This document shows, piece after piece, positions 20,894 to 40,228 of a stretch of DNA of 64,000 nucleotides. The translations under genes were made by a program, and so were the position numbers. The DNA comes from the human T2T-CHM13v2.0 reference genome, Homo sapiens. The notes under the pieces are model-generated. The model saw nothing but the letters and a program-made list of their open reading frames with translations, made no database searches and had not been told where the DNA came from. Numbering within the stretch: the stretch's first letter is position 1; each line of letters starts with the position of its first letter. Location: NCBI RefSeq assembly GCF_009914755.1, contig NC_060948.1; one strand, written 5' to 3'.

Positions 20894-22998
20894 AGATCCA
20901 TATTTTTTAAATGAAAAAAAATTTCAAAGGTACTCTGCTTGGTACAATAATCAAATGTATAAACTGAGGAATAAAACATAACCATGAAACCTACTTATAA
21001 CTGCATATGGAAAATACAGAGGATAATTTTTTAAATAACATATTTTGAAAGCCTTAACTAGTAATTTGAAGAGTTGGCATTTGAAAGGCCAGTATGAATA
21101 TACCTTCAAAGCAGCAACACAGGTTCCCCATGAGAAAAAGCAAACACAGGGAAAATAAAAACACAAAGGTTCAATCTCTTCTGACCTTTGAAAGACACAG
21201 CACAGACAGTGGTCCTTAGGACGAAGAGCAGGAGACCCCTAATTCCGTCACCATGGCGATAGGGCATAAACATTGCTGGGTGAGGGCACAATCCACATTG
21301 TGAGGTCCAACTGCTGCCAGGAAGACAGGAGTGCTTTTACATAGACCGAAAGGTCATTGAAGGCTCAGAGTTTTGTTTCAAGAACTGAATCCCAAGCCCA
21401 CACGTTATTAGGCTGCGCTTCTTAAAACAAGTTATGAGATGGGAAAAAGGGCACCCACAAACATACGTATACATTATGTATATAATAATATACAGTATCA
21501 TATATATAATATATATAACCTATGTATAATATTGTTTTACATCCTGCATCTTATGTTATATATATTGTATAAAATATAATAATTGATAATATATAAGATT
21601 TATAATTATACAATATGACATATAGTATATATTATAATTTATGACATATATAATATATGTTATATATCATATATAGAATATATTATACGGTTAATATACG
21701 TATTAAATATAAATTATACATTATATATATTATATATAATATATCTGTTATATATAATACCCATTATGCATAATATATATATTATGTCTATGTTATATAT
21801 AGTATAAAACAACATATAATAATATATAATTGTATATATACAATGCGACATATAATATATATTATATTTTATAACATATGTAATATATATTATATATTAT
21901 ATATAATACGTTGTATGTATAATACCTATATTAAATATATATTATATGACTATGTTATTAATTACATGTCACATGTGTTATATATTATATATTTTACATA
22001 GAATATACCGGTTACATACAATATATACTAAGTTACCTATAATGTATAATTTATTACATGTAAAATAAAGAATGCAATATATTATGTATAATTTATAATA
22101 TACAATATGTGGAATGTGATATATATAACATATAATATATGATATATGATATACAGTATATGATATATAACATACAATATATGATTCCTAATATATATGG
22201 TATACAATATATATTTTATGATATGTATTCTATATGTTTTATATTCTGTTATATATAACTATTTGAAATTATATATAACTGTATAATATTTTATGTAAAT
22301 ATGTAATATAACATATATAACTATATAATATATTATATATAACTATATATTATGTTATATATACTTTTATAACATAATTTACATAAAATATCATAATATA
22401 ATATATATTATATTATTTCATATTACATAATATATATTACATATCACCCAATATAACTAACATACATAATATTATAATATAGATTATATTGTGTTATATT
22501 AAATATCATATATATCATGTATCATATATTCTATAATATATATTACACATTATATAATATGTATGTTGTCTATTATGTGATATATATAACTCTATATATA
22601 ATTATATTTTTATACATATAACTAGATAAACATGTAATTCTACATATTTTCATTTATAATATGTAGAATTATATAATCATATATAATTATTTATATTCTA
22701 TAAAAAATTTTATCATTATATAAATTATAATATATAAAAATTATAATATGTACTACAAATATATATATTATATATCATATATGATATAGTACCTTTGTTA
22801 TATATCATAATGCATATAAATGTGTATTATGTTATCTATAATTATATAATTTCATATATAAGATGTATAATATGTATCATATATTATATATGTTATGTAA
22901 TATATACAGTATATATAAGATGACACAGGATAAATATTATATACTATGACATATAAAATATATGAGGTTATATGTTACATATAAGGCATAGCACATAA

Positions 22999-23313
<315 letters not shown>

Positions 23314-25408
23314 AGATCCATATTTTTTAAATGAAAAAAAATTTCAAAGGTACTCTGCTTGGTACAATAATCAAATGTATAAACTGAGGAATAAAACATA
23401 ACCATGAAACCTACTTATAACTGCATATGGAAAATACAGAGGATAATTTTTTAAATAACATATTTTGAAAGCCTTAACTAGTAATTTGAAGAGTTGGCAT
23501 TTGAAAGGCCAGTATGAATATACCTTCAAAGCAGCAACACAGGTTCCCCATGAGAAAAAGCAAACACAGGGGAAATAAAAACACAAAGGTTCAATCTCTT
23601 CTGACCTTTGAAAGACACAGCACAGACAGTGGTCCTTAGGACGAAGAGCAGGAGACCCCTAATTCCGTCACCATGGCGATAGGGCATAAACATTGCTGGG
23701 TGAGGGCACAATCCACATTGTGAGGTCCAACTGCTGCCAGGAAGACAGGAGTGCTTTTACATAGACCGAAAGGTCATTGAAGGCTCAGAGTTTTGTTTCA
23801 AGAACTGAATCCCAAGCCCACACGTTATTAGGCTGCGCTTCTTAAAACAAGTTATGAGATGGGAAAATGGCACCCACAAACATACGTATACATTATGTAT
23901 ATAATAATATACAGTATCATATATATAATATATATAACCTATGTATAATATTGTTTTACATCCTGCATCTTATGTTATATATATTGTATAAAATATAATA
24001 ATTGATAATATATAAGTTTTATAATTATACAATATGACATATAGTATATATTATAATTTATGACATATATAATATATGTTATATATCATATATAGAATAT
24101 ATTATACGGTTAATATACGTATTAAATATAAATTATACATTATATATATTATATATAATATATCTGTTATATATAATACCCATTATGCATAATATATATA
24201 TTATGTCTATGTTATATATAGTATAAAACAACATATAATAATATATAATTGTATATATAAAATGCGACATATAATATATATTATATTTTATAACATATGT
24301 AATATATATTATATATAATACGTTGTATGTATAATACCTATATTAAATATATATTATATGACTATGTTATTAATTACATGTCACATGTGTTATATATTAT
24401 ATATTTTACATAGAATATACCGGTTACATACAATATATACTATGTTACCTATAATGTATAATTGATTACATGTAAAATAAAGAATGCAATATATTATGTA
24501 AAATTTATAACATACAATATGTGGAATGTGATATATATAACATATAATATATGATATATGATATACAGTATATGATATATAACATACAATATATGATTCC
24601 TAATATATATGGTATACAATATATATTTTATGATATGTATTCTATATGTTTTATATTCTGTTATATATAACTATTTGAAATTACATATAACTGTATAATA
24701 TTTTATGTAAATATGTAATATAATATATATAACTATATAATATATTATATATAACTATATATTATGTTATATATACTTTTATAACATAATTTACATAAAA
24801 TATCATAATATAATATATATTATATTATTTCATATTACATAATATATATTACATATCACCCAATATAACTAACATACATAATATTATAATATAGATTATA
24901 TTATGTTATATTAAATATCATATATATCATGTATCATATATTCTATAATATATATTACACATTATATAATATGTATGTTGTCTATTATGTGATATATATA
25001 TCTATATATAATTATATATTTATACATATAACTAGATAAACATGTAATTCTACATATTTTCATTTATAATATGTAGAATTCTATAATCATATATAATTAT
25101 TTATATTCTATAAAAAATTTTATCATTATATAAATTATAATATATAAAAATTATAATATGTACTACAAATATATATATTATATATCATATATGATATAGT
25201 ACCTTTGTTATATATCATAATACATATAAATGTGTATTATGTTATCTATAATTTTATAATTTCATATATAAGATGTATAATATGTATCATATATTATATA
25301 TGTTATGTAATATATACAGTATATATAAGATGACACAGGATAAATATTATATACTATGACATATAAAATATATGAGGTTATATGTTACATATAAGGCATA
25401 GCACATAA

Positions 25409-25723
<315 letters not shown>

Positions 25724-27828
25724 AGATCCATATTTTTTAAATGAAAAAAAATTTCAAAGGTACTCTGCTTGGTACAATAATCAAATGTATAAACTGAGGA
25801 ATAAAACATAACCATGAAACCTACTTATAACTGCATATGGAAAATACAGAGGATAATTTTTTAAATAACATATTTTGAAAGCCTTAACTAGTAATTTGAA
25901 GAGTTGGCATTTGAAAGGCCAGTATGAATATACCTTCAAAGCAGCAACACAGGTTCCCCATGAGATAAAGCAAACACAGGGGAAATAAAAACACAAAGGT
26001 TCAATCTCTTCTGACCTTTGAAAGACACAGCACAGACAGTGGTCCTTAGGACGAAGAGCAGGAGACCCCTAATTCCGTCACCATGGCGATAGGGCATAAA
26101 CATTGCTGGGTGAGGGCACAATCCACATTGTGAGGTCCAACTGCTGCCAGGAAGACAGGAGTGCTTTTACATAGACCGAAAGGTCATTGAAGGCTCAGAG
26201 TTTTGTTTCAAGAACTGAATCCCAAGCCCACACGTTATTAGGCTGCGCTTCTTAAAACAAGTTATGAGATGGGAAAAAGGGCACCCACAAACATACGTAT
26301 ACATTATGTATATAATAATATACAGTATCATATATATAATATATATAACCTATGTATAATATTGTTTTACATCCTGCATCTTATGTTATATATATTGTAT
26401 AAAATATAATAATTGATAATATATAAGTTTTATAATTATACAATATGACATATAGTATATATTATAATTTATGACATATATAATATATGTTATATATCAT
26501 ATATAGAATATATTATACGGTTAATATACGTATTAAATATAAATTATACATTATATATATTATATATAATATATCTGTTATATATAATACCCATTATGCA
26601 TAATATATATATTATGTCTATGTTATATATAGTATAAAACAACACATAATAATATATAATTGTATATATAAAATGTGACATATAATATATATTATATTTT
26701 ATAACATATGTAATATATATTATATATTATATATAATACGTTGTATGTATAATACCTATATTAAATATATATTATATGACTATGTTATTAATTACATGTC
26801 ACATGTGTTATATATTATATATTTTACATAGAATATACCGGTTACATACAATATATACTATGTTACCTATAATGTATAATTTATTACATGTAAAATAAAG
26901 AATGCAATATATTATGTATAATTTATAATATACAATATGTGGAATGTGATATATATAACATATAATATATGATATATGATATACAGTATATGATATATAA
27001 CATACAATATATGATTCCTAATATATATGGTATACAATATATATTTTATGATATGTATTCTATATGTTTTATATTCTGTTATATATAACTATTTGAAATT
27101 ATATATAACTGTATAATATTTTATGTAAATATGTATTATAATATATATAACTATATAATATATTATATATAACTATATATTATGTTATATATACTTTTAT
27201 AACATAATTTACATAAAATATCATAATATAATATATATTATATTATTTCATATTACATAATATATATTACATATCACCCAATATAACTAACATACATAAT
27301 ATTATAATATAGATTATATTGTGTTATATTAAACATCATATATATCATGTATCATATATTCTATAATATCTATTACACATTATATAATATGTATGTTGTC
27401 TATTATGTGATATATATAACTATATATATAATTATATTTTTATACATATAACTAGATAAACATGTAATTCTACATATTTTCATTTATAATATGTAGAATT
27501 CTATAATCATATATAATTATTTATATTCTATAGAAAATTTTATCATTATATAAATTATAATATATAAAAATTATAATATGTACTACAAATATATATATTA
27601 TATATCATATATGATATAGTACCTTTGTTATATATCATAATACATATAAATGTGTATTATGTTTTCTATAATTATATAATTTCATATATAAGATGTATAA
27701 TATGTATCATATATTATATATGTTATGTAATATATATAGTATATATAAGATGACACAGGATAAATATTATATACTATGACATATAAAATATATGAGGTTA
27801 TATGTTACATATAAGGCATAGCACATAA

Positions 27829-28143
<315 letters not shown>

Positions 28144-30268
28144 AGATCCATATTTTTTAAATGAAAAAAAATTTCAAAGGTACTCTGCTTGGTACAATAA
28201 TCAAATGTATAAACTGAGGAATAAAACATACCCATGAAACCTACTTATAACTGCATATGGAAAATACAGAGGATAATTTTTTAAATAACATATTTTGAAA
28301 GCCTTAACTAGTAATTTGAAGAGTTGGCATTTGAAAGGCCAGTATGAATATACCTTCAAAGCAGCAACACAGGTTCCCCATGAGAAAAAGCAAACACAGG
28401 GAAAATAAAAACACAAAGGTTCAATCTCTTCTGACCTTTGAAAGACACAGCACAGACAGTGGTCCTTAGGACGAAGAGCAGGAGACCCCTAATTCCGTCA
28501 CCATGGCGATAGGGCATAAACATTGCTGGGTGAGGGCACAATCCACATTGTGAGGTCCAACTGCTGCCAGGAAGACAGGAGTGCTTTTACATAGACCGAA
28601 AGGTCATTGAAGGCTCAGAGTTTTGTTTCAAGAACTGAATCCCAAGCCCACACGTTATTAGGCTGCGCTTCTTAAAACAAGTTATAACATGGGAAAAAGG
28701 GCACCCACAAACATACGTATACATTATGTATATAATAATATACAGTATCATATATATAATATATATAACCTATGTATAATATAGTTTTACATCCTGCATC
28801 TTATGTTATATATATTGTATAAAATATAATAATTGATAATATATAAGTTTTATAATTATACAATATGACATATAGTATATATTATAATTTATGACATATA
28901 TAATATATGTTATATATCATATATAGAATATATTATACGGTTAATATACGTATTAAATATAAATTATACATTATATATATTATATATAATATATCTGTTA
29001 TATATAATACCCATTATGCATAATATATATATTATGTCTATGTTATATATAGTATAAAACAACATATAATAATATATAATTGTATATATAAAATGCGACA
29101 TATAATATATATTATATTTTATAACATATGTAATATATATTATATATTATATATAATACGTTGTATGTATAATACCTATATTAAATATATATTATATGAC
29201 TATGTTATAATTACATGTCACATGTGTTATATATTATATAATTTACATAGAATATACCGGTTACATACAATATATACTATGTTACCTATAATGTATAATT
29301 TATTACATGTAAAATAAAGAATGCAATATATTATGTAAAATTTATAATATACAATATGTGGAATGTGATATATATAACATATAATATATGATATATGATA
29401 TACAGTATATGATATATAACATACAATATATGATTCCTAATATATATGGTATACAATATATATTTTATGATATGTATTCTATATGTTTTATATTCTGATA
29501 TATATAACTATTTGAAATTATATATAACTGTATAATATTTTATGTAAATATTTAATATAATATATATAACTATATAATATATTATATATAACTATATATT
29601 ATGTTATATATACTTTTATAACATAATTTACATAAAATATCATAATATAATATATATTATATTATTTCATATTACATAATATATATTACATATCACCCAA
29701 TATAACTAACATACATAATATTATAATATAGATTATATTATGTTATATTAAATATCATATATATCATGTATCATATATTCTATAATATATATTACACATT
29801 ATATAATATGTATGTTGTCTATTATGTGATATATATAACTATATATATAATTATATTTTTATGTGTAAGTAGATAAACATGTAATTCTACATATTTTCAT
29901 TTATAATATGTAGAATTATATAATCATATATAATTATTTATATTCTATAAAAAATTTGATCATTATATAAATTATAATATATAAAAATTATAATATGTAC
30001 TACAAATATATATATTATATATCATATATGATATAGTACCTTTGTTATATATCATAATACATATAAATGTGTATTATGTTATCCATAATTATATAATTTC
30101 ATATATAAGATGTATAATATGTATCATATATTATATATGTTATGTAATATATATAGTATATATAAGATGACACAGGATAAATATTATATACTATGACATA
30201 TAAAATATATGAGGTTATATGTTACATATAAGGCATAGCACATAACATGTAATATATATCATATATAA

Positions 30269-30560
30269 TTTTTTTTTAGACAGAATCTTGTCCTGTTGCA
30301 CAGGGTGGGGTACAATGGCGCCATCTGTGCTCACTGCAACTTCTGCCTCACGGGTCCAAGCGATTGTCCTCCCTCAGCCTCCCAGGTAGCTGGGACTACA
30401 CCACACTGGGACTACACCAGCTGCCACCATGTCTAGCTAATTTTTTGGATTTTTTGTAGTGACAGCCTTTCACTGTATTGGCCAGGATGGTCTTGATCTC
30501 TTCACCTTGTGATCCCCTTGCCTTGGCCTCCAAATTTGCTGGGATTACAGGCCTGAGCCA
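30269..30560 (-). mobile_element. Diverged Alu, unit 13
   Basis: Same Alu motifs. Confidence 0.95.
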
Positions 30561-32679
30561 AGATCCATATTTTTTAAATGAAAAAAAATTTCAAAGGTAC
30601 TCTGCTTGGTACAATAATCAAATGTATAAACTGAGGAATAAAACATAACCATGAAACCTACTTATAACTGCATATGGAAAATACAGAGGATAATTTTTTA
30701 AATAACATATTTTGAAAGCCTTAACTAGTAATTTGAAGAGTTGGCATTTGAAAGGCCAGTATGAATATACCTTCAAAGCAGCAACACAGGTTCCCCATGA
30801 GAAAAAGCAAACACAGGGAAAATAAAAACACAAAGGTTCAATCTCTTCTGACCTTTGAAAGACACAGCACAGACAGTGGTCCTTAGGACGAAGAGCAGGA
30901 GACCCCTAATTCCGTCACCATGGCGATAGGGAATAAACATTGCTGGGTGAGGGCACAATCCACATTGTGAGGTCCAACTGCTGCCAGGAAGACAGGAGTG
31001 CTTTTATATAGACCGAAAGGTCATTGAAGGCTCAGAGTTTTGTTTCAAGAACTGAATCCCAAGCCCACACGTTATTAGGCTGCGCTTCTTAAAACAAGTT
31101 ATGAGATGGGAAAAAGGGCACCCACAAACATACGTATACATTATGTATATAATAATATACAGTATCATATATATAATATATATAACCTATGTATAATATT
31201 GTTTTACATCCTGCATCTTATGTTATATATATTGTATAAAATATAAGAATTGATAATATATAAGTTTTATAATTATACAATATGACATATAGTATATATT
31301 ATAATTTATGACATATATAATATATGTTATATATCATATATAGAATATATTATACGGTTAATATACGTATTAAATATAAATTATACATTATATATATTAT
31401 ATATAATATATCTGTTATATATAATACCCATTATGTATAATATATATATTATGTCTATGTTATATATAGTATAAAACAACATATAATAATATATAATTGT
31501 ATATATAAAATGCGACATATAATATATATTATATTTTATAACATATGTAATATATATTATATATAATATGTTGTATGTATAATACCTATATTAAATATAT
31601 ATTATATGACTATGTTATTAATTACATGTTACATGTGTTATATATTATATATTTTACATAGAATATACCGGTTACATACAATATATACTATGTTACCTAT
31701 AATGTATAATTTATTACATGTAAAATAAAGAATGCAATATATTATGTATAATTTATAATATAGAATATGTGGAATGTGATATATATAACATATAATATAT
31801 GATATATGATATACAGTATATGATATATAACATACAATATATGATTCCTAATATATATGGTATACAATATATATTTTATGATATGTATTCTATATGTTTT
31901 ATATTCTGTTATATATAACTATTTGAAATTATATATAACTGTATAATATTTTATGTAAATATGTAATATAATATATATAACTATATAATATATTATATAT
32001 AACTATATATTATGTTATATATACTTTTATAACATAATTTACATAAAATATCATAATATAATATATACTATATTATTTCATATTACATAATATATATTAC
32101 ATATCACCCAATATAACTAACATACATAATATTATAATATAGATTATATTATGTTATATTAAATATCATATATATCATGTATCATATATTCTATAATATA
32201 TATTACACATTATATAATATGTATGTTGTCTATTATGTGATATATATAACTATATATAATTATATTTTTATACATATAACTAGATAAACATGTAATTCTA
32301 CATATTTTCATTTATAATATGTAGAATTCTATAATCATATATAATTATTTATATTCTATAAAAAATTTTATCATTATATAAATTATAATATATAAAAATT
32401 ATAATATGTACTACAAATATATATATTATATATCCTATATGATATAGTACCTTTGTTATATATCATAATACATATAAATGTGTATTATGTTTTCTATAAT
32501 TATATAATTTCATATATAAGATGTATAATATGTATCATATATTATATATGTTATGTAATATAATTAGTATATATAAGATGACACAGGCTAAATATTATAT
32601 ACTATGACATATAAAATATATGAGGTTATATGTTACATATAAGGCATAGCACATAACATGTAATATATATCATATATAA

Positions 32680-32971
32680 TTTTTTTTTAGACAGAATCTT
32701 GTCCTGTTGCACAGGGTGGGGTACAATGGCGCCATCTTTGCTCACTGCAATTTCTGCCTCACGGGTCCAAGCGATTGTCCTCCCTCAGCCTCCCAGGTAG
32801 CTGGGACTACACCACACTGGGACTACACCAGCTGCCACCATGCCTAGCTAATTTTTTGGATTTTTAGTAGTGACAGACTTTCACTGTATTGGCCAGGATG
32901 GTCTTGATCTCTTCACCTTGTGATCCCCTTGCCTTGGCCTCCAAATTTGCTGGGATTACAGGCCTGAGCCA
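32680..32971 (-). mobile_element. Diverged Alu, unit 14
   Basis: Same Alu motifs. Confidence 0.95.
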
Positions 32972-35074
32972 AGATCCATATTTTTTAAATGAAAAAAAAT
33001 TTCAAAGGTACTTTGCTTGGTACAATAATCAAATGTATAAACTGAGGAATAAAACATACCCATGAAACCTACTTATAACTGCATATGGAAAATACAGAGG
33101 ATAATTTTTTAAATAACATATTTTGAAAGCCTTAACTAGTAATTTGAAGAGTTGGCATTTGAAAGGCCAGTATGAATATACCTTCAAAGCAGCAACACAG
33201 GTTCCCCATGAGAAAAAGCAAACACAGGGAAAATAAAAACACAAAGGTTCAATCTCTTCTGACCTTTGAAAGACACAGCACAGACAGTGGTCCTTAGGAC
33301 GAAGAGCAGGAGACCCCTAATTCCGTCACCATGGCGATAGGGCATAAACATTGCTGGGTGAGGGCACAATCCACATTGTGAGGTCCAACTGCTGCCAGGA
33401 AGACAGGCGTGCTTTTACATAGACCGAAAGGTCATTGAAGGCTCAGAGTTTTGTTTCAAGAACTGAATCCCAAGCCCACACGTTATTAGGCTGCGCTTCT
33501 TAAAACAAGTTATAACATGGGAAAAAGGGCACCCACAAACATACGTATACATTATGTATATAATAATATACAGTATCATATATATAATATATATAACCTA
33601 TGTATAATATAGTTTTACATCCTGCATCTTATGTTATATATATTGTATAAAATATAATAATTGATAATATATAAGTTTTATAATTATACAATATGACATA
33701 TAGTATATATTATAATTTATGACATATATAATATATGTTATATATCATATATAGAATATATTATACGGTTAATATACGTATTAAATATAAATTATACATT
33801 ATATATATTATATATAATATATCTGTTATATATAATACCCATTATGCATAATATATATATTATGTCTATGTTATATATAGTATAAAACAATATATAATAA
33901 TATATAATTGTATATATAAAATGCGACATATAATATATATTATATTTTATATCATATGTAATATATATTATATATTATATATAATACGTTGTATGTATAA
34001 TACCTATATTAAATATATATTATATGACTATGTTATTAATTACATGTCACATGTGTTATATATTATATAATTTACATAGAATATACCGGTTACATACAAT
34101 ATATACTATGTTACCTATAATGTATAATTTATTACATGTAAAATAAAGAATGCAATATATTATGTAAAATTTATAATATACAATATGTGGAATGTGATAT
34201 ATATAACATATAATATATGATATATGATATACAGTATATGATATATAACATACAATATATGATTCCTAATATATATGGTATACAATATATATTTTATGAT
34301 ATGTATTCTATATGTTTTATATTCTGTTATATATAACTATTTGAAATTATATATAACTGTATAATATTTTATGTAAATATGTAATATAATATATATAACT
34401 ATATAATATATTATATATAACTATATATTATGTTATATATACTTTTATAACATAATTTACATAAAATATCATAATATAATATATATTATATTATTTCATA
34501 TTACATAATATATATTACATATCACCCAATATAACTAACATACATAATATTATAATATAGATTATATTATGTTATATTAAATATCATATATATCATGTAT
34601 CATATATTCTATAATATATATTACACATTATATAATATGTATGTTGTCTATTATGTGATATATATAACTATATATATAATTATATTTTTATGTATAAGTA
34701 GATAAACATGTAATTCTACATATTTTCATTTATAATATGTAGAATTATATAATCATATATAATTATTTATATTCTATAAAAAATTTGATCATTATATAAA
34801 TTATAATATATAAAAATTATAATATGTAATACAAATATATATATTATATATCATATATGATATAGTACCTTTGTTATATATCATAATACATATAAATGTG
34901 TATTATGTTATCTATAATTATATAATTTCATATATAAGATGTATAATATGTATCATATATTATATAAGTTATGTAATATATATAGTATATATAAGATGAC
35001 ACAGGATAAATATTATATACTATGACATATAAAATATATTAGGTTATATGTTACATATAAGGCATAGCACATAA

Positions 35075-35389
<315 letters not shown>

Positions 35390-37494
35390 AGATCCATATT
35401 TTTTAAATGAAAAAAAATTTCAAAGGTACTCTGCTTGGTACAATAATCAAATGTATAAACTGAGGAATAAAACATAACCATGAAACCTACTTATAACTGC
35501 ATATGGAAAATACAGAGGATAATTTTTTAAATAACATATTTTGAAAGCCTTAACTAGTAATTTGAAGAGTTGGCATTTGAAAGGCCAGTATGAATATACC
35601 TTCAAAGCAGCAACACAGGTTCCCGATGAGAAAAACCAAACTCAGGGAAAATAAAAACACAAAGGTTCAATCTCTTCTGACCTTTGAAAGACACAGCACA
35701 GACAGTGGTCCTTAGGACGAAGAGCAGGAGACCCCTAATTCCGTCACCATGGCGATAGGGCATAAACATTGCTGGGTGAGGGCACAATCCACATTGTGAG
35801 GTCCAACTGCTGCCAGGAAGACAGGAGTGCTTTTACATAGACCGAAAGGTCATTGAAGGCTCAGAGTTTTGTTTCAAGAACTGAATCCCAAGCCCACACG
35901 TTATTAGGCTGCGCTTCTTAAAACAAGTTATGAGATGGGAAAAAGGGCACCCACAAACATACGTATACATTATGTATATAATAATATACAGTATCATATA
36001 TATAATATATATAACCTATGTATAATATTGTTTTACATCCTGCATCTTATATTATATATATTGTATAAAATATAATATTTGATAATATATAACGTTTATA
36101 TTTATACAATATGACATATAGTATATATTATAATTTATGACATATATAATATATGTTATATATCATATATAGAATATATTATACAGTTAATATACGTATT
36201 AAATATAAATTATACATTATATATATTATATATAATATATCTGTTATATATAATACCCATTATGCATAATATATATATTATGTCTATGTTATATATAGTA
36301 TAAAACAACATATAATAATATATAATTGTATATATAAAATGCGACATATAATATATATTATATTTTATGACATATGTAATATATATTATATATTATATAT
36401 AATACGTTGTATGTATAATACCTATGTTAAATATATATTATATGACTATGTTATTAATTACATGTCACATATGTTATATATTATATATTTTACATAGAAT
36501 ATACCGGTTACATACTATATATACTATGTTACCTATAATGTATAATTGATTACATGTAAAATAAAGAATGCAATATATTATGTATAATTTATAATATACA
36601 ATATGTGGAATGTGATATATATAACATATAACATATGATATATGATATACAGTATATGATATATAACAGACAAAATATGATACCTAATATATATGGTATA
36701 CAATATATATTTTATCATATGTATACTATATGTTTTATATTCTGTTATATATAACTATTTGAAATTATATATAACTGTATAATATTTTATGTAAATATGT
36801 AATATAATATATATAACTATATAATATATTATATATAACTACATATTATGTTATATATACTTTTATAACATAATTTACATAAAATGTCATAATATAATAT
36901 ATAATATATTATTTCATATTACATAATATATATTACATATCACCCAATATAAGTAACATACATAATATTATAATATAGATTATATTATGTTATATTAAAT
37001 ATCATATATATCATGTACCATATATTCTATAATATATATTACACATTATATAATATGTATGTTGTCTATTATGTCATACATATAACTCTATATATAATTA
37101 TATTATTATACATATAACTAGATAAACATGAAATTCTACATATTTTCATTTATAATATATAGAATTATATAATCATATATAATTATTTATATTCTATAAA
37201 AAATTATATCATTATATAAATTATAATATATAAAAATTTTAATATGTACTACAAATATATATATTATATATCATATATGATATAGTACCTTTGTTATATA
37301 TCATAATACATATAAATGTGTATTATGTTATCTACAATTATATAATTTCATATATAAGATATATAATATGTATTATATATTGTATATGTTATGTAATATA
37401 TATAGTATATATAAGCTGACACAGGATAAATATTATATACTATGACATATAAAATATATGAGGTTATATGTTACATATAAGGCATAGCACATAA

Positions 37495-37809
<315 letters not shown>

Positions 37810-39936
37810 AGATCCATATTTTTTAAATGAAAAAAAATTTCAAAGGTACTCTGCTTGGTACAATAATCAAATGTATAAACTGAGGAATAAAACATAACCA
37901 TGAAACCTACTTATAACTGCATATGGAAAATACAGAGGATAATTTTTTAAATAACATACTTTGAAAGCCTTAACTAGTAATTTGAAGAGTTGGCATTTGA
38001 AAGGCCAGTATGAATATACCTTCAAAGCAGCAACACAGGTTCCCCATGAGAAAAAGCAAACTCAGGGAAAATAAAACCACAAAGGTTCAATCTCTTCTGA
38101 CCTTTGAAAGACACAGCACAGACAGTGGTCCTTAGGACGAAGAGCAGGAGACCCCTAATTCCGTCACCATGGCGATAGGGCATAAACATTGCTGGGTGAG
38201 GGCACAATCCACATTGAGAGGTCCAACTGCTGCCAGGAAGACAGGAGTGCTTTTACATAGACCGAAAGGTCATTGAAGGCTCAGAGTTTTGTTTCAAGAA
38301 CTGAATCCCAAGCCCACACGTTATTAGGCTGCGCTTCTTAAAACAAGTTATGAGATGGGAAAAAGGGCACCCACAAACATACGTATACATTATGTATATA
38401 ATAATATACAGTATCATATATATAATATATATAACCTATGTATAATATTGTTTTACATCCTGCATCTTATATTATATATATTGTATAAAATATAAAATTC
38501 ATAATACATAACGTTTATATTTATACAATATGACATATAGTATATATTATAATTTATGACATATATAATATATGTTATATATCATATATAGAATATATTA
38601 TACGGTTAATATACGTATTAAATATAAATTATACATTATATATATTATATAAAATATATCTGTTATATATAATACCCTTTCTGCATAATATATATATTAT
38701 GTCTATGTTATATATAGTATAAAACAACATATAATAATATATAATTGTATATATAAAATGCGACATATAATATATATTATATTTTATGACATATGTAATA
38801 TATATTATATATTATATATAATACGTTGTATGTATAATACCTATATTAAATATATATTATATGACTATGTTATTAATTACATGTCACATATGTTATATAT
38901 TATATATTTTACATAGAATATACCGGTTACATACAATATATACTATGTTACCTATAATGTATAATTGATTACATGTAAAATAAAGAATGCAATATATTAT
39001 GTATAATTTATAATATACAATATGTGGAATGTGATATATATAACATATAATATATGATATATGATATACAGTATATGATATATAACACACAATATATGAT
39101 ACCTAATATATATGGTATACAATATATATTTTATGATATGTATTCTGTATGTTTTATATTCTGTTATATATAACTATTTGAAATTATATATAACTGTATA
39201 ATATTTTATGTAAATATGTAATAAAATATATATAACTATATAATATATTATATATAACTATATATTATGTTATATATACTTTTATAACATAATTTACATT
39301 AAATATCATAATATAATATATATTATATTATTTCACATTACATAATATATATTACATATCAACCAATATAAGTAGCATACATAATATTATAATATAGATT
39401 ATATTATGTTATATTAAATATCATATATATCATGTATCATATATTCTATAATATATATTACACATTATATAATATGTATGTTGTCTATTATGTGATATAT
39501 ATAACTATATATATAATTATATTATTATACATATAACTAGATAAACATGAAATTCTACATATTTTCATTTATAATATATAGAATTATATAATCATATATA
39601 ATAATTTATATTCTATAAAAAATTATATCATTATATAAATTATAATATATAAAAATTATAATATGTACTACAAATATATATATTATATATCATATATGAT
39701 ATAGTACCTTTGTTATATATCATAATACATATAAATGTGTATTATGTTATCTACAATTATATAATTTCATATATAAGATATATAATATGTATTATATATT
39801 GTATATGTTATGTAATATATATAGTATATATAAGCTGACACAGGATAAATATTATATACTATGACATATAAAATATATGAGGTTATATGTTACATATAAG
39901 GCATAGCACATAACATGTAATATATATCATATATAA

Positions 39937-40228
<292 letters not shown>

